Assembly (NCBI GenBank): GCA_951406725.2
Contig: OX597833.1
Coordinates: forward strand, 27,652,001 to 27,716,000
Origin: Octopus vulgaris
Taxonomy: Eukaryota
Length of the DNA stretch: 64,000 bases
Direction: 5' to 3'
Position numbers and translations under genes: made by a program. Positions within the stretch are counted from its first letter, which is position 1. Every line of letters begins with the position of its first letter. A model generated the notes under the pieces. That model was given only the letters and a program-made list of their open reading frames with translations. It was not told the DNA's origin and did no database searches. Below, in pieces: positions 55,548 to 64,000 of this stretch.

Positions 55548-55741
55548 GTTCTCTTTCTACTTTTAATTTTAAAATTGAGTTTTAACCGGTCACCTACTTG
55601 GTAGTAATGTCTTGAAGAAAAGCATCTTTTGTTCATCATACTTTTAATTTTAAGAAGTATTGCAGATTTTTATAGTCCCAGATATCGTGATCATTTAGAA
55701 CATATGAATTATGGATTTGCATTCTCTCTTCAAGTTCCCAA
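55548..55741 (-). mobile_element. Short 3' fragment of the (TATG)n-associated R4-like family
   Basis: Minus MITISGTIKICN parallels VITITGTIKFCK at ~29860-29900; (TATG)n on both sides. Confidence 0.65.
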
Positions 55742-56160
55742 TGTATGTATGTATGTATGTATGTATGTATGTATGTATGTATGTATGTATGTATGTATGT
55801 ATGTATGTATGCATGTATGCATTTCCTGTGTATGACTTTAAACTGCTTCCCGTACGGGGTTCCTGGTTCGGGAGTTCCTGTGTTTGAGGAATGTGGAACC
55901 ACCACTTAGTCGTTCTTGTTGGTAGGTCTACTCTGACCTGGATGAGTAGCACATGTCAGAGTCCCAGATATGGGTCAACTATCATGTGACCCATTGGGAG
56001 TGAAGTACATGTAGTTCCCTTTCGAACTTTCTTCTAAGAATCTATGTAACTATGTAAGTATATTTAGATGAATGCATGCATTTGCATAAAGTCGAAGATA
56101 TGGCGCTTTATTAAAACACTATGCCGTTAAATACTCACTTTCTCGTTTGTTATTTAAAAC

Positions 56161-57390
56161 TAAGTATCATCCCATAAATAATGCGGATTTTTTCAGTTGC
56201 ATGAACAAAAAGTCGGAAGGGGCAGGATAAACTACCTGTATCAACTTGCTATAAATGCAGCTAGTGATTTTACCTTGTTATTATTCTTAGTGTATGTTTT
56301 GAAGAGTACCGTTCGATTTTAACAGTTATTTTTTCAAAGCTATAATGGAAGTGGCAAAGAAGCATATTCGGTATATTTTGCTTTTATGAGTTCAATAAAG
56401 GCAGCAACGGAACGGAAAGTGCGAGAAATATTAATGCAGTGTATGGGGATCGGAATATATGCGTAAGCCAGTTCTAGAAATTTCGAGCCAGAAACTACAG
56501 GCTAGAAGATGAGCCTTATCCTAGAAGATCTATAGAGCTCGACAATGATGTCCTGCACACCATGGGGGAACAAAATCCTGTCGTAACTGTTGAGGAACTA
56601 GCAGAGAAGCTTGGATTTGGTCATTCCACCATTCATCGGAAAAGTCAGCAAATTGGATCAATGGGTTCCTCACAAATTTTCCGAGTCTAATTGTGTGCAG
56701 AGAGTGAATCTGTGCTCTCTTTTGCTGACAAGTTTCACGAAAGAATCTTTTTTTTAGACCGAATAGTGGCTGGTGATGAGAAATGACAAGCGCCGAAGAC
56801 AGAGGACAGAAAAAAGGAAAAACACCGGCAACCCAAGTTAAAGAAGGTCTTCACCTACGTAGGGTGTTGTTATATGTTTGGTGATATATAAAAGATTTAG
56901 TTCACTTTGAACTTTTAAACCCAAACCAAATGATAACGAAGGAGATCTACCGCTTAAGTCAGCGCTAGAAGAAAAACGACCATCTTTGGTCTCAAGACAA
57001 AAGATGTTCTTCCATCAGGATAATGCTCGACAACATACAGCGAGGATGACATTCCAAAGGCTGGAGCAGTTTGAATGGGAAACGATGCCCCACCCACTAT
57101 ATTCGCCGGGCATTGCCCCATCTGATTATTATTTATTCTGCAGTCTTCAAAATCATTTGGACAGGAAAAATATGAATTCTGTAGACGAGGTCAGAACAGT
57201 ACAGGAGGAGTATTTTTCGTAACAGACAAGTGAATTTTGGATGAGATGCCTTGTAAGTCTACCAGATAGATGGAAGAGCATGTGGAAAATGAAGGGAAGT
57301 ATATTTTAGATTAGAAAAAAACTTAGTTTATCTTAATTTTCAAAAATATAAGAAGTATTAAAAAACTGCATTATTTATAAGATGACCCAA
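56161..57390 (+). mobile_element. mariner transposon (DD34D type), near full length, pseudogenised
   Basis: TIRs tcatcccataaataatgcgg / ctgcattatttataagatgacccaa; WVPHK, IVAGDEK, HQDNARQH, HPLYSPGIAPSDYYLF. Confidence 0.93.
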
Positions 57391-57404
57391 TATACATACT
57401 CACA

Positions 57405-57479
<75 letters not shown>

Positions 57480-57484
<5 letters not shown>

Positions 57485-57782
57485 GTCTGGGGAGTCATTC
57501 TCTTTTAGTACCTTTATTATTTAACACACACACCGGTAAAATTTCCACTTATTTCGTCTTTTTACTTTCCTAAAATTTTCGTCAAGTCTCTGTCAAGACT
57601 ATTGAAAAGGTTGCAAGACGCAACGAAAATTTTAGGAAAATAAAAAGACAAAATAAGTGGAAATTTTACCGGTGAGTGTGTTTGATAAGGCACTAAAAGA
57701 GAATGACTCTCCCCAGACACAACAGAATATGCTTCAACACACGAACTCATATAAAGAATCTTGCAAACCAAATCAAAAAACG

Positions 57783-57785
<3 letters not shown>
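57480..57785 (+). mobile_element. Fold-back PLE-like insert in (TA)n with decayed hammerhead (57598-57635)
   Basis: Arms 57480-57582 and 57623-57723, tail 57724-57785; CUA-uUGAAaA-G-GUUGC(AAGAC)GCAAC-GAAA-AU-UU-UAG. Confidence 0.75.
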
Positions 57786-57821
<36 letters not shown>

Positions 57822-57863
57822 TGTATGTATGTATACACACATACATATATATGTATGTATATA

Positions 57864-57922
<59 letters not shown>

Positions 57923-58193
57923 GTATCTATGTATGTGTATACTACTAATATAGGATAAAGTTTTTTTCTCTACAGAAAAGAATTCCATCAAGAAATGTGG
58001 CACTATATTAAAAATACATTTACGGTTAAAATTATAAACAACTTTTATAAGCAATGGCAAAAGAAGAAATTTAAATATTCTAACGGTTAGTTTGCCCGAT
58101 TTCAGTTCAATTTTTCTGTAGCAGGTGGATTATATGTGGAAAATCAGTATATTGGCTTCAGAATATTCTTCTTTAGCCCTTGCTTATAAGTAT

Positions 58194-58234
<41 letters not shown>

Positions 58235-58405
58235 CATATATATGTATGTATAGCTACAATCTTAAATGATATATATCTAAATAAACATATATCAATAAAA
58301 ACAACATACACATGCATATGTACATACGTGTGTGTGTGGGGGGGGTAGGTGTAGATGTGTAAATACATATAAATATGTATATACATATATCTATATACAT
58401 TTATG

Positions 58406-58450
<45 letters not shown>

Positions 58451-60577
58451 AAGTTGTGTGCATGTATATACACATACATACATACATACATACATACATA
58501 CATACATACATACATACATACATACATACATACATACATCTGTACATGTTTTTATGTACGTAAGTATACACGCATGCATGCACGTATGAATGCGGTACAA
58601 TGTAAATAAGTTAATTGGTCGTACGATACTTTATTAAAAGCTCTCTACTTCAACTGTGTCACCTCCCAGCAACTTTATTTCACAACGCTAATTACTCATG
58701 AAATTATATAAAAGACTGCAAAAGCAATTTCCACCATTTTGTTTTCTTTTATTTATATATGTATGGGGTGGATGGCGTGTGACTGGCTTGTTTTTGTTTT
58801 TGTTCTTTTATATTTGCTATAGTTGTTTGCTGGTGTCATTGGTGTTTGTTTATGTTGTATCATTGTTATCTTCTCTTGTTAGTATATATACATGTGTGTT
58901 TCTTTTTCATCATAGATATTGTTTCTCTTTCTCATCACGTTTGCATCGTTTTGCTTCTTCATTCCCTTTCTCATTCTCCGTCTGTCTACTTGCCTGTGTC
59001 TCTCCCTTTCTCTCTCTTTCTTTCTCACTCTTCCTCTCTATATCCCTTCTTTCTGTTTTTCTCCCGCAAGCTCTTACACCCCATTTGTTCTCTCTCACTA
59101 CCTCTCTTTGTATTTCTCACCCTCAAGCTCTTATTCCCTTTACTGATTTCTTTATTTCAAGCTCTTATTCCCTTTACTATCTACTCCCCGTCGTCCGTCT
59201 TTTCTACGCTGTTTCACTCGTCCTTCTTGCCTGTCTTCACTCTTAACTATTGTGCCCCCGCCTCCTCTTCTATCTTCCTCCTTTCATTTCACTTCTTCAC
59301 CCACCAACCTTTTACTACTTTGTCTGTCTTCTTTCTTTACGTCTGTCCTCTTATCCCTTCATCTCTCAGTCTTTCCTTTGCTTTCCTTTTGCTTCAATGA
59401 TTCCCGTCTTCCCTCTCCTTTTATTTATGTGTCCCTCTCCTTCATTCCCATGTCTTTCTTTTTAGTTTTCCTCACTTCCTTTCTTTATCTTCAGTCATTT
59501 TTCTCTCTCCCTCTCTCACTCATTTCATTACAACTCCTTTTTTCTTTTGTTACAAATGTCGAAAACCTTGTAGTGTTTTTACGTTTACGCTTTCAGTTCA
59601 AATCCTGATGAGTTTCCTTTTCATCCATTACTAATCGATAAAAAATTATACCAGTCAAGTACTGAGGTTGAGTTAATCTGTAATACTCCAACCCCCAAAC
59701 ATGTGTGCTTTGGTTCCTATGCTATTTTTATTTAGGTCCTCATCTACCTTGAACCTATGATTAAAAATATTCTATTCAGGCCACTCGGTTTTTTTAGACA
59801 CCTTATCAGAGACTAGATTATCAAGTATATCTTTACGATTTTGTTAAAGAAGCAGAGTATGATTTCAGCGTGAGTTGGGTGTAATTTCTCGCAAATTGAA
59901 CAACCACATAAAGCTTCCTTCAAGGACTCGTGTGCTGTGGTCACGGGCCGTTGTCGATAAGGGGGTACACTGAGTAACATTTCCCCTCACATTTCAATGG
60001 TGTACCCTCAGATCTACAGTGATACACGTATTTCGAAACTCCACTTTAGCATTATTACAAACTAGCTGGCCCCGTGCCGTCAAATATTTTATATATAAAT
60101 AAGGTACAAAATAAGGTACATAGTAATCACAGATACAAACATTCAAATACTTCCCTTGTACACGCGCATACATGCACACATATACTCACACAGAGTTGAA
60201 ACGTTGATTTTTTTTCACCCCTTCCGTCGTTATTCATCTTTCAATCCTTCCTTTCTCTCACTCCGTCTCAGTCATGGCTATTACTCACACTACTTCTCCT
60301 TCACTGAATTACTATTTTCTCTCCTCTCCCTTCACTCATACTACCCTTTCTCCTACTCTCTTCTACGTGATTTTGGGCATATATATATATATATATATAT
60401 ATAACCAGCTTAGAGAAGAAGAAGAAACGAAACCAAACCAAACAAATCGAATCGAATCGACGCGAAGGCGATCAGTCGTACAATAGTGTAATAAATAAAA
60501 TATATGCATACATACAAACATATATGTACGTACATACATCTACATGTATATATACATGCATATATAAATATATATAC

Positions 60578-60634
<57 letters not shown>

Positions 60635-60864
60635 CACCCAGAATGTTCTGAAGTACCACAAGGCACTAAAGTTTGGCGACAGTCCTGGTAAGGGAACAGC
60701 TGAATTGCTAGAGTAGACACAAATTGTAACCAGTCTTTGTAGAGTCTCTCTTAGCTGACATACTTGTGACAAAATGTACGACCATCATCATCATCATCAT
60801 CGTCACCATCATTATATTACTCTCTCCATCCTCAACATCACAGTCGTCGTCATTGTTGTTGTTG

Positions 60865-60895
<31 letters not shown>

Positions 60896-60912
60896 CATCG
60901 TTGTTGTTGTTG

Positions 60913-60955
<43 letters not shown>

Positions 60956-60979
60956 CATTATTATTATTATTATCATTAT

Positions 60980-61531
60980 TGAGTGAGAGAGCAGTGCATG
61001 CCATCAAAGTGACGCTGGGGTAAATTATACGAAGCCCAATATACCCATCATGACTACCCGACTGACAAGGGTACACTAGGCACATGCATCACAACCATAT
61101 GTGCGCGACATAATAATCTCATATCAAGATTAACAGCTCATAACCTTGAAGATGAGAACCAGTTAGAATTTTCTTCAGGTCGATTATCCCATCCCGCTCA
61201 AAAGGTCTCTGAATAAGGGTTGTTTAAGGATGATAAACAAAACACCCATGTTTCCAAAAGGTAAATTATCCAAACCTCCAAGAATCCTTCTCAACACATG
61301 GCTATGACGCTTCCCCCACTACTTCTGCTCATGATCAGAGATGCACATATCGTCAGCCATTAAGGGACATGCTTAACTGGTTACGGTCAAACACCTGACA
61401 AGCAAATCTGTGGTATTGAGCAGAATATTTGCTGTAGCCCATCTTTTATACCAAGACAAAACAATGTACAAGATAACACTTCCAATCAGTTACGATCAGA
61501 AGCCAGGAAAGCCTAGTACTGCATCAGGACA
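60980..61531 (-). mobile_element. ~550-bp non-coding repeat inserted in (TAA)n
   Basis: Colinear with 9840-10340; TAA repeats on both sides. Confidence 0.85.
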
Positions 61532-61569
61532 TTATTATTGTTGTTGTTGTTGTTGTAGGCGAGTTAAGA

Positions 61570-64000
61570 CATGTTTTCAGCGCTCCGTGAGTTTGGATTT
61601 TCTTGTGGCTTTTTTCAAGTTTCTTGACAGTTTTGTTTGTTTGTTTTTGTTTTCTGAACCCCTTTTGGTGTGCTGAAGGGGTTCTTTTGCTGAAAGTTCC
61701 CCGCTTTAGGGGCGAATTTTGGACTTTTTGTCCATTACAAATATTTTTTGTCTTTTCGTCTAACGAAAAACAAGATGGCGTCCTCTGTCGAGGGGAGTCG
61801 CGGTGGATTTTCTGGCAGCCAGTGCAGCCAAGATTTTCCCCCTCTGAACAGCACAAGTACGAACATCACCAACAGTACCAGCACCGCAATTAATATAAAA
61901 AAATGTCAAATAAACACCATCAACGTCACCACTGACATGAACAAAGGAGCTATTAGTGAGACAAAGCAATAATATCCCACTAAATATTCCAAAAGAAATT
62001 ATAATGGACACAAACCGTAAAACAATTACAAATTATAAACAAAAAAAAAATGACTTTAGAACGAGCAACACAACACAACTAGAACTAATACTGAAACCGA
62101 TTTGGAAAGATAAAACTTATGTGACACGGGGAAAACGATTCGGTACTGTAGAAATGCGCTTCGCAACGGAGGAAGAAGCAAGAAAACATTCCACAATGCC
62201 ACTACTATCGGAAGACCTTATGCTCATGCCGAGGTATCTTGGTTGGCGCGTTACAAAAATTAAAGTTGGGGAGGCGCCTTCTGAAATAAATATATGCTGG
62301 CTGGTAGCGGCTGTCCTCTATGATATAAGAGAACACTGCTACAACACTGGAGGTGCATAAATTGCACCAAGAAAATTGGACGGGTCAGGGATTAGAGCTT
62401 CTTGCTCAAATTGAACAAGGGGCCCTAAATTCTATCCCTGACACCATACCAGACGGCACGAGACTACATGCAGCCGCGGAGGGCAGGTGGCCGAGATGCT
62501 ACTTTTGTGGAAGTGATCAGCATCTCAAGGTGGACTGCCCCTATTACAAAGAAATGCGACGAAAGCTGCAAGCGACAGCAGAAGCGGAAGAACCTCCAGT
62601 GCAGCCGCAACAACAACAGCAGCAGCAGAAACCAACCCCATCACTACCAGCAACAGCAACGCCGCCTCCATCAGTCAACAGGGCATCACCAGCACCAACA
62701 ACACTGGATGGAATACCACCACCAGTCGGAGTACCACCACCAGCCGGAATACCACCACCAGTCGGGGTACCACCACCAGCCGGAGTAACACTACCAGCCG
62801 AAGTACTACTACCATTCGGAGTACCTCCACCAGTCGGAGTACCACCACCAGCCGGAGTACCACCACCAGCCGGAGTAACACTACCAGCCGAAGTACTACC
62901 ACCAGCCGGAGTACCACCACCAGTTGGAGTACCACCACCACCACCACCAGTCAGAGTACCACCACCAGTCGGAGTATCACCACCAGCAACATATAAACAT
63001 CAGCAAAGCGAATAAAACAACTCGGACTGTTCGAGTATTGAGGCCGAGAAGGGAGAGTGGCAAACTGTTCCCCCCAACAAAGGGGAAAAAAGACAGTAGA
63101 AGAAAAGAGGGTGAGGCACAAACAGGAGAAATTTCTCAACAGCCGCAACAGCACACACAACAACCAACAACAACAACATCACTACCACCACCAATACCGA
63201 CACAGTACACAGCACAGACTGCACTAACACCACCAACCTCACAGCCATTGACACCGACAACACACACCTTGTTAAATACATCAGAGAACACACAGACACC
63301 ACAATTGAAGACTTAGTCTTCCCACACGAGGCACCACCACCACACATACAAAATTTAAAACTGAAACAGGACACCTACAACACAAAAATTATTTTTCCAA
63401 ATGCTGTTGGGTCATTTCAGAAAACATTTTCGAAAAGACTGTACAAAATCCACGTAGAAACGCCCACAACAAAAGCCAGGGTGTCACCCTTGCCAGACAA
63501 CAATGGTAAGTAGAGCTCTTCTCCATCCTAAATTTATTTAACATGGTGATGCTCAGAATAGTTTGTATAAAATGTCAGGGGCCTCGGGTCACCTTAGAAA
63601 CAAGGTCACCTTTTAAATGACCTGAAGGCCCTTAGTTGCAGCTATTAGTGAATCCAGACGATCCTATCTACAGACCTCATCACCTTTTTCGGCGGATACG
63701 AAATTTTTCTATCTCCATATCGGTCGGTGGTGGTACTGTGGTGCTTTTCCGGAAGTGTCTGGATTTGAAAATAAAGGCGGTCTTTCTGGATCCAGAAGGT
63801 AAGTTGGTGGTCCTAGATGTGAGCAGCCGTGACGGCGGTGCTTTCAGACTGGAGGCTATCTATGCAGGGCGGTCTTATTACTTCAGGCGTCTGGAGGTTT
63901 TCCTCGGAACGTCTCGGGCTTTAGTATTAGTAGGGGATTGGAACGCTGTCTTAGATGAACGTTTCGATTGCGTGGGAGTATCTGATAGGAGAGGTGGAGT
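61570..64000 (+). mobile_element. Tx1/L1-clade LINE 5' part: ORF1 (CCHC knuckle) and start of ORF2 APE endonuclease, frameshifted, runs off window
   Basis: caagATGGCG at 61771; PRCYFCGSDQHLKVDCP; from ~63543 MLRIVCI...AISESR...GGGTVVLF...VLVGDWNAVLD. Confidence 0.85.
62710..62990 (+). repeat. 18-bp tandem repeat in ORF1 encoding PPVGVP/PPAGVP
   Basis: accaccaccagtcggagt-like units, about 15 copies. Confidence 0.9.

Noticed and set aside
58698-59608. Hydrophobic ORFs resembling membrane proteins
   Set aside because: They come from a CT-rich low-complexity tract that is open in several frames and has no recognisable motif.

Overview
Eukaryotic, AT-rich, microsatellite-saturated non-coding DNA. 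The tRNA-derived SINE families and repeat landscape resemble those of an octopus/cephalopod genome (inference, not verified). No intact host gene is visible, and nearly all ORF-track entries are translations of simple repeats. One candidate host exon (48581-48710, minus) has splice sites and a Kozak ATG. The window is a nested stack of decayed mobile elements: hAT, Tc1 and mariner DNA transposons and MITEs; a Neptune-type Penelope-like element (PLE); CR1, RTE, R4/Dong-like and Tx1/L1 LINE fragments; a Ty3/gypsy remnant; and at least four SINE families. The most interesting signal is a set of short non-coding PLE-like inserts in (TA)n tracts. Several carry minimal or variant hammerhead-ribozyme folds with covarying stems. 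Several share an asymmetric fold-back design with one arm plus a tail and one inverted arm without it. Also notable: R4/Dong-like families split between (TAA)n and (TATG)n targets, a SINE and an RTE LINE with matching 3' tails, RTE elements with three C-terminal C2H2 fingers, and a 1.8-kb 30-bp minisatellite that appears to be the expanded arm of a fold-back element. Coordinates of decayed elements are approximate and were read by eye.
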